DNA of 60,497 bases, counting the filler, from Circinaria calcarea (Eukaryota), in NCBI GenBank assembly GCA_051942165.1. It is 8 parts of 8 records of this genome, joined end to end, with 100 filler letters (N's around TTAATTAATTAA, not from the genome) between each part and the next. Parts side by side here need not be neighbours in the genome. Positions count along the whole stretch, not along the records: positions 1 to 7,491 come from JAVECS010001314.1; positions 7,592 to 15,077 come from JAVECS010001315.1; 6 more parts are not named here. One strand, written 5' to 3'. The translations under genes and the position numbers were made by a program. The notes beneath the pieces are model-generated. The model made no database searches. It was not told the DNA's origin and worked only from the letters and a program-made list of their open reading frames with translations. Shown here piece after piece: positions 1 to 11,506 of the stretch (positions within the stretch are counted from its first letter, which is position 1; every line of letters begins with the position of its first letter).

Positions 1-288
1 TCGTTCCTGAACGCTCAGCTCTTTGATCGCGTTGGAGCCCAGAAAGCCGCCGGCGGAATGGAGGACGAGAAGGACCTCCTTGCCGTCCTCGACGAGCGGT
101 GCAATGACGGCTCGGATAGCAGCGATGTCGTCGTACATGGAGGGGTTGTTGGGAGACGGTTTGCCGGTACTGGAGAGCGGGGCGGTGACGGTCTCGTAGC
201 AGTGCTTGGAGAGATCGGTGGCGATCTTGGAGAAAGGGGAGGGACCTTCCCAGAAGCCCGGGACGAAAACGATACTTGGTTTGCTCAT
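1..288 (-). CDS. Alpha/beta hydrolase (Abhydrolase_6-type), N-terminal part; runs off the window edge
   Basis: Manual minus-strand translation from ATG at 288: MSKPSIVFVPGFWEGP...DDIAAIRAVIAPLVEDGKEVLLVLHSAGG. It has the VPG oxyanion loop and an H-S-x-G-G nucleophile elbow. It is absent from the ORF track because no stop lies in the window. Confidence 0.88.
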   Translation of the reverse strand, partial: MSKPSIVFVPGFWEGPSPFSKIATDLSKHCYETVTAPLSSTGKPSPNNPSMYDDIAAIRAVIAPLVEDGKEVLLVLHSAGGFLGSNAIKELSVQER

Positions 289-800
289 GTCTATTGCTTT
301 CTATTCTTTATTTTTTTTGGTAGAAGGTACTCTTCTCCACGGGGAGAGTGTGGGATTAGAGCAGACATGGCTCGCCCTCCCAACCAAGTCAAAACCAAAA
401 GCAGATGCAGGGAGTCCTCCATCCTTGCGGATAATGGCACAGTATGGCAAGGTCTCGACTGAATCGCATTAGCTGATTCCCAGACTTATCCTTGGCACTG
501 TTGGCTCGGTATCAGCCATGAAATATAATACAACTGTCTTTTAGAACCCCTTTAATTTCAGCTAGTCAGCTGAACCCAATACGACAAGTATGCAGTGTAA
601 CGGGATCGGGGGCTGAGATGATTGGTTGATCCACTGCATGCCTTATTTTGAGACATTTCTTTCCCCAGCAAGAGACTGCCAAAAGTCAGGCTAGCCCCTA
701 GGCTTTGATTGCATATTCACGGAGCATCGAAAACATTGCTCTTGGATGGAAAAGGCAGCCGAGAGGAGATCCAACGGTATCCAGCTATTGCAGTGTAGTA

Positions 801-943
801 TTAGACTTTCTTATAGACACCATCCTTCATCCTTCTCTCTTGCGAACGGTGCCACGCGAACCAGACCACGACGACCAGGATCGTCAAAGGGATGGTGGTC
901 AAGAAGTAGACCCAGATATACTCCGAGATGGCCCGGTGCCCGG
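801..943 (-). pseudogene. Orphan C-terminal transmembrane segment resembling the last TM helix of fungal CorA-like proteins; truncated at the MITE
   Basis: ISEYIWVYFLTTIPLTILVVVVWFAWHR resembles the fungal CorA-like C-terminal motif (S.Y.W.Y....IPLT..V...W). Upstream sequence is replaced by the TIR element starting at 944. Confidence 0.5.
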
Positions 944-1497
944 CAAGGCTTTCAATAGTGCAGCCGGTGCGGTGCAGTGCAGTGCAGAAGCTTTGCACTG
1001 CACCGCACTGCACTGCGCACTGCCAAGGTTTCATATAAATAGCGTAGAAGCCCCCAACCTTCCACTCCAACCCACAGTACCTTTATAGTTGTAATCCATC
1101 TCTTCTATAGTCTATAAGACCTCGCCCATAGCCTGTGATTCCGGACTCAATACGCGGAGGTAGTGTTCAATAGTATAAAAAGGCTGATGTACGAAGGCAA
1201 ATGGTAAAGGGAATAAAGAAATTCGTTCCGCTTAAAGCTTAGTTAGCTCGGGGATTAATACGGAGCTAAAATTATAGTTGATTATCACGACCTTTTTAGG
1301 TATGGTGTTTCTATAAATTACACATAATATAGCTGAAATACATACCTAATTCGGCCTAGTTTCAGGGTTTAAGAATGCTAAGATTTAAAATTCCCCATCA
1401 TAAATCCTCACCTAATAGATTAGTATAAACTGGCAGTGCACACTGCACCCATGTACTGCCAACCCACACTGCACCGGCTGCACTATTGGAAACCTTG
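944..1497. mobile_element. Non-autonomous TIR element (MITE), hAT-like
   Basis: 30-bp TIRs: CAAGGCTTTCAATAGTGCAGCCGGTGCGGT (944-973) versus the reverse complement of 1468-1497, CAAGGTTTCCAATAGTGCAGCCGGTGCAGT (3 mismatches). Ends are CA...TG, both ends carry clustered GTGCA/TGCAC subterminal repeats, and the interior is AT/TpA-rich. No TSD found. Confidence 0.8.
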
Positions 1498-1630
1498 TGG
1501 AATGCTTAGAAAGCATTACTCAAAAAATCATTGAAATTCTGTTACGCATTCGCTTGAACTGACTTCTCAAGCTTCTGTGTTCGTTGTAGCATATATATAT
1601 ACTATCTCCATTCCAAAAATTCCGTCGCCG

Positions 1631-2468
1631 TCAGATCTTTCCCATGAAATCCATGGCCAGATTAATCAAACCATTACCATACGTAGGTCCTTGGGTTTGC
1701 TAAGAAAGGGGCTATGACTGGTGTCGAAATCCTTAATCACCCACTCCAACCCTACTGGCCTCCAACATCATATCCTGCAACGAACATAGAAATGGCTTCA
1801 TCCTTTAGGCCGCGGATATAGGAACGACGATTATTGTTAACCGCATTAGGGTAGTCTGGGGAATCAGATGAGTTAATAAACGATTTAATAGAGTGGGCCA
1901 TACAACAGCAGCTATAACTTTGGAACAAATAGGATCTGGGACGTCTTCGTAAAAGGGGTCTCCTTGGGAGTGCGCACTAACAAAAAGCCTAGTCTCCTCC
2001 TAAGCAAAAATAAGCGGAGCAGAAGCCATAAGAACGGAAAAATTAACATTAACTTTTTGCCATGGCGCCCATTGTCCACCAATCACGTCATAGAGAGAAG
2101 ATCCTTCCTTGGGAATAAAAGCACATATGTAGATCAATCCAATTACCCCGAATTTCTGCCCCTTTGAAATCCGTTCGCTCTTGCTGAGGCCTCTGATGGC
2201 CGTACTGCCAGGAATTCGAGCATATGAATGAAAGACCACAACCATGTCGTTTGCATTTTCAATCAGGGGAAGTAGCAACTCCTCCCGGATGAAGGTCACG
2301 TCGTCGGAAGCTGACGTTATTTACATCATCAACGCTTCTCAGGGTTCCGGTTCGAGTTTTCATAATCAGCCGGAGTGAAGGCTCGGTAAATGACCTGATC
2401 CGGGCAACGAATGGAGGTGAAATGGCCCCCCCCCCCGGAACAAGCAACAAACGTGGGCTTTTTCTCAT
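1631..2468 (-). pseudogene. Frameshifted alpha/beta hydrolase pseudogene (same family as the gene at 1-288)
   Basis: Family motifs are spread over different frames: RLLLVPGG, DDVTFIREELLLPLIE...VVVFHSYARIPG (HSYGG elbow altered), GVIGLIYICAFIPKEG, and C-terminal WVIKDFDTSHSPFLSKP (catalytic His motif). Multiple frameshifts and stops. Confidence 0.8.
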
Positions 2469-3506
2469 CCATTTTGAGCTGGAAAGAGGTGAGAAATGAG
2501 TTTTCAGAGGGGCCTTACCGGGCGATTATTCTCCAGCGTTGAGAGATTTTCGAAAGGAATGTGGATGGCTTGAATAAGAAAGCCAGATACGATAACCGTA
2601 AACGCTCCGAAGCCTCACGTCCCGCTTGCTCAAAATAGCTAGTATAGGCTATGGGCGCACTTTCTGGTAGGATGCTCTATGTAAAAGGGAGACAACGCAC
2701 CAGAAAGGCGTAGACCACCATCCGCCACAACGCAATACAAAGTGGTGACCAATCACAGGTCGCCGGGATTAATAGATGCAGTGGGATTCGGGCGGGTACC
2801 ACAAGCGCCAATCCAGCTATCGTCCATAACCAGTTATGTAGCGCCGAAAAATGAATCAGACTGGACGCCGTATATGCTATGGAACAAAGATCCCAAAGAT
2901 ATGGGCAGAACGTGCAACCTTGCGGTGTATGCGAGCGGGTTTGCGGCACGGTCTTTCAATGCTATTGATTGGCTAGTTCTAAAAAGGCAACTAGAGGATC
3001 AAACCATTTGGCTTATGATCATCCATACTCCGCCATGCCGCTTCGAAATGCAAACTTAGAGTTCGGTATACATTGCCGATCCAAAGCACGTGGGATCCTT
3101 ATTCCAAGATATATCAAGTCCCAGCTCGGCAGTATGTAGGTAGGTACAGCCCGCCTTCGATGGTAGGAATATCTTAACTGCTTGTGCCGTTCTCTCACGT
3201 TATATTTCAGAGTCTCATCTTATTGGCGGAAACGGGACTTGATGTTCGGCTACGGCTTTTCGCTTCTCGGGCACAGTATCTTTCACTAGCTACTCCTTAT
3301 CCTTCCATGCGGATTCATGGTGTGTGGCCAGAAAGACTTCTATTCGAGCAGCACCTTCATTAACCGGCGTTGAAACACTCGTAGGCATTGTCTGCACACC
3401 TGCAAGAACCAGAAGCCTGTTATAAAGTCAACGTTATCATCTCTCTTTCGATATTTATCTTCTCTTGCTATTCTGCTCTATTTCAGTGCAACTTTGCTTT
3501 CTCAAT

Positions 3507-5006
3507 ATGAGTATCCCACCGCCACCCCCTAGTCTAGATCTCACCACAACACAGCAGCCGCGTATTCTTGCCGTGAACATTGCCACATACTCCCTAGCGT
3601 TTATAGCCGTTGTCCTCCGCTTTGTCTGTCGGAGATTATCAAAAGCCGCAATTTGGTGGGATGACTGGCTGATAATAGCAGCTTTGGTAAGGCTGAATAA
3701 AACAGTAATCATTTGATAATCAATTTTGACAAGGGAATACTTTAGCTTTTCTCGTCAATCTTGGTCTTTGTCTCAATCACGTGGAGTAAGTTCTATCTAT
3801 ATCACTTGAAGACCGGCCCTAATCACTATCAAAAGTGCTTATTCATGGATTTGGGAAACATGTATCGAGTAGCCAACCAGATGGGCTTCTAGTATGGGCA
3901 CAAGGTATTTTCATTTCCGAGTTTGCGTACACAGGCGTGATATGCTCCGTCAAATTTTCCCTTTTGGCTTTTTATTGGCGCATATTTAAGGTCACTACAA
4001 TTCGGATCCCCATCTACGTCATAGGTGCTGTCGTGACCTGCTGGGGAATTGCTGTTGTAAGATACCATCCTGATTAACTTGCTATATATAATAGGCTGAT
4101 TTTCACTTTTGCAGATTCTTGTTTCCATTTTCCAGTGCTTGCCTGTGAACGGATTTTGGGACAAAACCATCAACGCCACCTGTATCGACGCAGCCAAATT
4201 TTTCATTGCCAACTCCATTCCGAATATCGTCACCGATGCTGCTATTTTGATCTTGCCTATGCCGTATATCTGGCAGCTTCAGCTACCTAGGACGCCAAAG
4301 GTAGTGTTGTCCAGTATTTTCGTGTTGGGTATTTTGTGAGCCGGCTCCTGCTCCTCAATCTCAACTGTATTAATTGCCACTGTAGTGTAGTTGCCGTATC
4401 TATTACCCGTATTCAGTTTGTCGTTACTCTGGACTTGACCTCGCCCGATGTTACGTGGAGCTCTGTCGATAGCCAGATCTGGACTTGCGTCGAGACCAAC
4501 GTTGGCATCATCTGCGGTAAGTGATTTATGACATGGCGAGGCGTTTGCGCTGGGTGGCCATTGCTCAGCAATCAACCAAGGGCAATAAACCTGGCTCTTA
4601 TTCTAACAATCTACATCTTGCACCTACAGCTTGCCTGCCATCACTCCGGCCATTACTCTCACTCATTTTGACTGGCTCTGTGAACCCCAGCGGAGGTGCT
4701 TCCATGCAGATTAATAGAGGCGAATCGAGGAAACAAAAAGGCAGTGGTGTCTGGACCTGGTTCAGGCATAACGCCTCGGTTAGCAACCTTGGGGAGTTGC
4801 TCTCGGAAAGAGACGAACAGCAAGGAGTCTCCACAATCTCGATAGTGGAGCGTGGCGTGAACCATTCCCCGAGTCGGCAGAACCGAGACAGAAGAGCGAG
4901 AAACGCAAGTGTTGCTCTGAAGCCTATGGGAAACTTAGGAGGAACCAACACACGGAGCGACGTTGAGATTGAATACCACATCGAGAGCAGAGATGGGATT
5001 TTGTAA
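3507..5006 (+). CDS. PTH11-like (fungal rhodopsin-domain) integral membrane protein without a CFEM domain; multi-exon
   Basis: LRFVCRR...[76 protein letters not shown]. GT-AG introns include 3687-3745, 3787-3835, 4057-4114 and 4517-4629. Confidence 0.92.
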
Positions 5007-5501
5007 TGCCCCTACGACGTTGAGAGAAGAGGCGGGCGTGAGGAACACTATATACACTCTTTTTACGATGCTTTCTGGAGTTTGTGTGGTGCTTATTTTC
5101 AACATTTTACATTGTTTTTAGTAAATCACAATTCGACGGGCTTCATCAACCCGGAAGAGCAATCAAGCAAACCAGAAACATGAAAATCCCCCATCGAATA
5201 CACCCTGGCAGAGACCGCTAGTCTATCATATCAAGTCTCCCACCTGAGGACGGACAAGCGAAGAATCTATCCATTATATATTAATGTCTCTAGAGTACAG
5301 CAGGGTATCCCGGTCTCTATACACCCGCTTTATACCCAGTTTGACGACGTATCTATAATCAAGGACGAGTGCTACGCAATTCATCATCTATGATGCCCCG
5401 AGGAGACTCATATGTACATTTAACCCTAGACCATTTCGAGGCTGGCCATTGGCCCTGTTTGATTTTGACCGCAACCCTACCCAGTCTAGCTGCGGTAGGT
5501 A

Positions 5502-7491
5502 TCACGGCCTCTTCTTGACGTGGCCTTCAAGGTCTCCTCCTTCAAGGATCTGGTTGAGGGCGGATAAGGAGAAGCCACTGCCGGAAAAATGGATGGCGAC
5601 TAGCCAGGCGCAGACACCGTTTGCAAGGTGGTGCAGGAAGTAGGCGTAGGTTGCACCATAGAGGGCAGTCAGAACCGCGAGGGAGAAGAACAGGATGTTG
5701 GTTATGTAGCGAAACCTGGATGAGGAGGTCTTAGCCTCGATTGTGCAAAGAGGAAGGTAGATGCAGTGAACCAATACTGAAAAAGACATACTTTGTAGTG
5801 ACTCTGGGAATCATCTTCCCGCCCGTCAGAGTCTCAACGAGGAGGATGAATGGCATTATTGACAAGACATTATGGTGTGACGAGAACGGTGTTAGCCAGT
5901 GGACGGCCAGATTATGTACCCAAACTATGAGTATAGGTATGTTTATCGGCAAAATCCAAAGCATCAGGACGAGGATAGAGTGTGCATAGTTGTAAAAGTT
6001 GTAGTGGGCACCCGATTGCTGGGACAGTCAGCACCAGTCATGTGTTGCACGTATGTCTATCGTAGCTTACGGTCTCCTTAGCAAACCGTAAAGCCCGCGT
6101 GCAGGTCGCTATCTGTACAACACAAGCTACCACATACGCGAATTGATGAGGGATAACGGTTGAGACCATAAGGAGAAGCACGCTGGTGGTAATGAGGCGC
6201 CGTCTAGGGGAGACGGCGGCGAATGCTGGAGCCATATGTCGCCTACCGCATGTTAGGAACGGATTGTATCCCGTTTTACAAATGAAGTTAGTTACCTTCG
6301 GTCATCGTTTCGAAGCCATGCCGGCCTAGTGTTCGCAAATGTATACGTAAAACACAGTAAATCTATTACCGCAAGCGCAGCAAAATTCACAATCACGCAG
6401 ACGCCAGTGCTGAGAAGACCAAAGAGGGGAACGAGGAACCAGAAAAAGGGATCCGATGAACCGAGGAGAAGATCGTTTTTCGTGTAGTCTACCAAAGACT
6501 CGGTCTCGTTTCCGCGCCAAAAGAGAAGGCCTCGAGAAGGCGACCTTCGCTTAGCAGTACTAGAGTTCGCTAGTATCATGGCGAGGAAGGACATTGCCAA
6601 GAGGAGAAGCGGTAATGACGAGCGTAGACACAGGTTCAGAGATTCGGCAAAAGTGATGAAGACACCTGCAGTAGATGTCAGTGTAGTGTCAGGCTAAAAG
6701 GATAGTGAACATACCGCTATCATCGTGTATGGCAAATTGCTTTCGAAGTACCAATGCCATGATAAGGATCGGGAAAGCTACAAAGACAATCCTATACCGT
6801 ACGAATAGTTTGCCAATGCTTCCGGGAATGTCGGCCTTCAGAGAAATATCGATAGAGGTATTGCAAGTAGGATCGGACCAAAACTGTAGGGACACACCCT
6901 CATAGGATTGCTGCCCTTGCAATGGCGGTGGCATGAAGGGAGCAATCCCATGAAGATTGATGTCAGCTTCTTTGACGTTGACAAAATACTTCGATTCATA
7001 CGGCTCAGAAAGGTATTGCCGCAGTAGTGGCGTGAACAACTCTCCGTCGTCACCGCATGCTTGTGGCCCAACTCGTAACTTGTAGGCGAAGAGACTCGAG
7101 TGTAAGGCTGGCACATTAATTTCCTTGACGGTTGGCCGCACAGCGGGGAGAACGAGACGCAGGCCAAAGGTGAGTAGACGGATTAAGCCAACCCTTATCT
7201 GGGTTCGTGACTCGGCTTTATCACTAAACTCTGCAATTGCCCAGCCTCCTTCTTGTCGTCGACACTTATCCACAATGGCAACGAACTGATGCTCTGCAAG
7301 GTCTGCCACATTGTACTGCAGATACGTAAAGGGTTGCGTCTCATCGAATGAATGCTTTGAAGTTCTAGTCGATGCAGGTAAGAAGATAACGTCGGAAGCG
7401 GCGTTTTTGCACGCCAGTCTCGTTGAGCCTGAGCTAGCTCCGGAAAGGTCCATATTCATAGCAAAAACAGCGGCGGATTGACCAGCTTGTA
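5502..7491 (-). CDS. BST1: GPI inositol-deacylase (PGAP1/Bst1), C-terminal portion; 5' end cut by contig end
   Basis: RLACKNAASDVIFLPAST, LFTPLLRQY..EPYESKYFVN, NDLLLGSSDPFFWFLVPLFG, LPINIPILIVWVHNL, HHNVLSIMPFILLVE. Multi-TM C-terminus ends in KKRP (KKxx ER retrieval signal). Several GT-AG introns. Confidence 0.9.
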
Positions 7492-7591
7492 NNNNNNNNN
7501 NNNNNNNNNNNNNNNNNNNNNNNNNNNNNNNNNNNTTAATTAATTAANNNNNNNNNNNNNNNNNNNNNNNNNNNNNNNNNNNNNNNNNNNN
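7492..7591. other. Artificial contig spacer
   Basis: N44-TTAATTAATTAA-N44, with stops in all six frames. Confidence 0.99.
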
Positions 7592-10089
7592 GGATTGGGG
7601 TCTACGATGTCGTCGGGGGGTGAGGGTTCTCTTGTTAATTGGTGGGTGGTTTTGGTGGGGCTTCGCGGTTTGGGAGATGGAGGCTGGATGGCGGTGGCTG
7701 GGCGCTTTTCTGGAGAGCTGGTCGTGGTGGAAGGTATAGTGGTTTTTCTTGGACGCCCTCGCGGCTTGGCCGGGGGTTTTCCAATACCGTCAGCGACTGC
7801 TGGTGAATCTTTGGTTTTAGGTGGCCGTCCTTTTCGCTTTGCTGGAGTTGGTGGGTTCTCGCTCGAAAGTCCATCGGATTCAGGTCTTGGTATGTTTGAG
7901 TTCGCCGGCAAAGACTGTAGAGCCAGCCTGGTCTTGCCTTCCCAACACTTCTCTAGTAGCCCGATCATTGTGTTTCTATTCTTGACTGGTTTGAAGCCAT
8001 ATGCCGTAATTGCTTTTGACAGTTTAGCTGTGGTATATCCTTTGAAATCAGGCTTCTGATCGACCACCTCCGCGGGTGGTTGATCGGTCATTGAAGGAGC
8101 GAGCCTCTTTGCCGGGGATCGACTTTTGGTGCGTGGGCGCAGAGCTGCTTCAGCGACCGACCTGGGTAATGGAAACGGTGTAAACCCGTCTATATCGATT
8201 GGAGGCTGAGGAGGATGTGATAAGGCTTCATTATTGCACGGTATGGTATTTTCGTCTAACACAGTCCACGCACTATTTTCGATTGTAATTTTATTATTCA
8301 GACTTGCATTGTTTTTCTCGACTTTTCCCAGGTCCTCCTTTCGCACCGTTCTAGCCTGTGGAGTATCAACGAGGTCGATGACTTCTGCATCGAGCAGGGT
8401 TCCATCCATGTTGCGGGCAGCAACAGACCACAGATTTCTTGACGAGGTCATCAAAGAGACATTGGATGTATTCGAAGAACCGGATATTATGCTCTCCGCA
8501 AGGCTCTTGGGTGCGGTTAGCTGCATTGACTCTGCTACTGCCTCAGATGCTTCAATAGCCTGCTGCAACTCTCGCACAAAGGTTGGCGAATCGTCACGAG
8601 CCAGCTGACTTGATGTACCAAACAAAAGGTCTTGGTCGTTGGAAGCTGCAAGGGCTTGTTCTGGCGGTAAGATAGTGGGTATTCGAGAAGTCTTCTTCTT
8701 GTTCTTGGTATCGCTACTCCTGGTAGGCTTTACCCCCGGCTTTTTACGAGTGTTCTTTACAGGCTGCTTCTCGGCCACTCTTACAGGAGTCTCTATCTCT
8801 CCGTCTTGCTGGTCCATGGGAGCTACCAAATAACAGAGTAGTGAAGGACTGTCCGCGGATTGGTCTGGCACATAACTCTCCGTCGCCTTTGCAGTCACTG
8901 TCTGCGGTTTCTTCTTCAAGGATTTGGTCCTTTTTGCAGGGGCTGTGGTCGGTAGATGACATATGGTATTTCTAATTATCTAGCGGATCGTCAATTGTAT
9001 GTATAGTGTCTAACTTTACTCGGCACTTACGTCTAGCTTGCGTCTTTTGGTGACAGCCTCCCCATCCCAGTTTCGTTTTGAGGCATTTCCATTGACTGTA
9101 ACTTCTGCGCTCTGAGCACAATTATATCCACTAATCAAATCTCCAAAACCAGTCTCATTCGCGTGACATGGAGGTCCTTCTGTACCAATCTCGGGCTGTT
9201 TAAAGGTCAAAGGGCTCTGGAGTGCGAGTCGATCCTGCAGGGTATCCCTGACAGGAGTCCAATCCCTCCTTCTTGTGAGGACTTTCTGCAACCCGAGCTC
9301 TTTAGGATTTTCAAACTCGTCTTCTTCAAGTTTATCTGGTCTTAGTTTAATAGGATCTTCCTGCACTGAGCCGTCTTTAGCCTGCATTCCTTGTAATTCC
9401 CCAATCTCTATGCCCGGCACCTGCCAAGCTTTTAAATCATGGGTGCTATGATAGACTTTTGCGGGATCATCTTCGGACGTAAGTTTATTGACTTTGACCT
9501 TCTTGATCTTGGACTTGGGTCTATCTACACCCTTCACTCTTGGTTTTTGGCCAGGTTTAACCTTAGTCCCTGCTTGACAATCCTCGTGACCAACTGTCTC
9601 TACCGCTTCAGGTTCTCTTGGAAGAGCCTTCTTTCGAGGTGCTCGAGGCTTTTTTGGTGCGCTGTCTGACGCTACTTTCGATACCCTTGCCTTTCTTTCC
9701 CTCGCGGGCTTTTCTAATAGAGGCTGCTCATTCAAAGTTTTGTCTTTCGAGATCTTTTCTTTCGAGCTTCTTTCGGTGATATGCCGCTTCTTATTCGACG
9801 ACTCTGCCTTTCCTTGACCTTGATTTATCATCTCTTCGTCCTGACGGACTGCATACGCTCGTCGAAGAAGACTTGAAGCTGTCGCAAAACCCTGAAATGC
9901 ACCCTCTGGTATTGCAGGATCCCGGCTGCTAGCTGCCGGATAAGGCTGTTTCTTTGCAAGCAGTTGCGATGGCGATAAGTATCCAGGTGAGGATACCATG
10001 GGCGCAAGTAGATGAGGCCGCGGTGGTGTCGTAGCAATAAATGATGTTGCAGGTGAAGAGGACAATACAATTACCTCAGTGGAGGCCAT
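7592..10089 (-). CDS. SLX4: Structure-specific endonuclease subunit Slx4; 3' end cut by contig end
   Basis: Fungal Slx4 motifs RRRDWTP, QDLLFGTSSQLAR, RNLWSVAAR and SAP-like PDFKGYTTAKLSKAITAYGFKPVKNRNTMIGLLEKCW. One intron, 8980-9030 (GTAAGT...CTAG), joins the two ORFs in frame. Confidence 0.9.
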
Positions 10090-10419
10090 GGTCGCATAGT
10101 AGCGCAGACCGCACCGTAAATAGAGAGGGTGCGACAGAGTTCACAGCTTTGGCGCAGGACTCTTTACCATCCTCTGGCTAAAGTATTGTTGTCGCTGTGT
10201 TTACAGTCGATGTTACCACTATTACCGTATTCGGCATGGCCCTTCAGGGAATAACAAGACTTAGACTAGCGAGAGAATGTCCAGTCATCTCACATCGAAG
10301 CCGTTCCTACTCGTACACCCATATGATAGAAGTTTGAAGATTTGGGCGCCTCATTTGGCGGAGAATAATGCCCTCCCATATTAAATACAGCGTAGTTATC
10401 TATCCGGATTGAGTAGAGC

Positions 10420-11147
10420 TTAGGTGACACCCCTCAATGCCATCAACCCTAAAATCGACACTTCTAGCTCTCGTTTCCCATACTCGTCGTTCTCCGCTGT
10501 GTCAGCATCTTCCTTCTTGCCTGTCGAACTGCGAGGATTGTTTTTACTTGCAACAGTCAGTTTGTAGCTCTTCTTCAGCTTTCCCACATCGGTAATGCCC
10601 CGAAGCTCTCCATCGTTAAATGGCTTCGGTGTTCCTTCGATGACGCTACTCAGATGCCGGGAGACTGTATCAGCGGTACCATCCGAAGATACTGCCAGCT
10701 TGACAACCAGAAGCTCCGTGGTCTTGTCTGTAATTCCGAATCTGCGGAACGATTCTGCTATCTACACGAGAACAGCATCGTTAGCGGAAGACGGCGAACT
10801 CCTCGAAAGGCGGTCCTACATTGTTGTTCGGGCTCAACGAGAACACAATCTCCGAGTGCACATTTCGTGACTTCATCCGCCCGCTCTTCATGTCGTTCAC
10901 GGCCCTGAAGACCGCTGCTAATAAATGTGTGGTCGACAAAATCTAAGATGCTCAGCAGGAGCTTGAATATCTCGAGCTGCTCAAGACGTACTGAAGTTGC
11001 GTCCAAGAATGCATATTCGAATTCAGAATTCCCATCTAAGAGCTGTTGACGAAGAAAGCATGCGTTTTTCAGGCTTGTGTACATGGCAACATAGACGGCT
11101 AGGTCAACCGGAAAGTGACAAACGCGGAGAGTAGAAATCGTGTTCAT
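10420..11147 (-). CDS. CGI121: EKC/KEOPS complex subunit Cgi121
   Basis: Spliced product: ...[22 protein letters not shown] / [41 protein letters not shown] / [12 protein letters not shown]...[16 protein letters not shown]. Two introns. Confidence 0.93.
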
Positions 11148-11506
11148 GATGGCCAGAGACAATGTTCTTTGCGTATAATCGAGTTATCTTCTAATCCGAT
11201 CAACATGAGAGGACCGTGTGCTCAGACACCATGTTAATGGCTGAACCCTTTGGCCAGCTTGTTGGACGTACAGTACTTTGGGACGGGGGACTACCACAGT
11301 GGTAAGTCTGCGTAGCAATAGACCGAAATCACGTCTTCAGATCGGTGGCTCTGGTTCCCGGAAGCACTCATATACGAACCGGCTGTAAATATGCATCGTC
11401 TGTGACGTCTCCCAACAGTCTGGATTATCATAGATTTCCTCCGACCTCGCGTAGCTTCAAGGATCGCGGGTACCTCCGTACCAGAAATACGGAGTACTTG
11501 AGATGA

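Noticed and set aside
58..472. Plus-strand ORFs of 134 and 88 aa
   Set aside because: Antisense to the alpha/beta hydrolase at 1-288, which carries the real family motifs.
2742..3059. 105-aa ORF upstream of the PTH11-like gene
   Set aside because: No ATG start, no recognisable motif and no clear splice structure.
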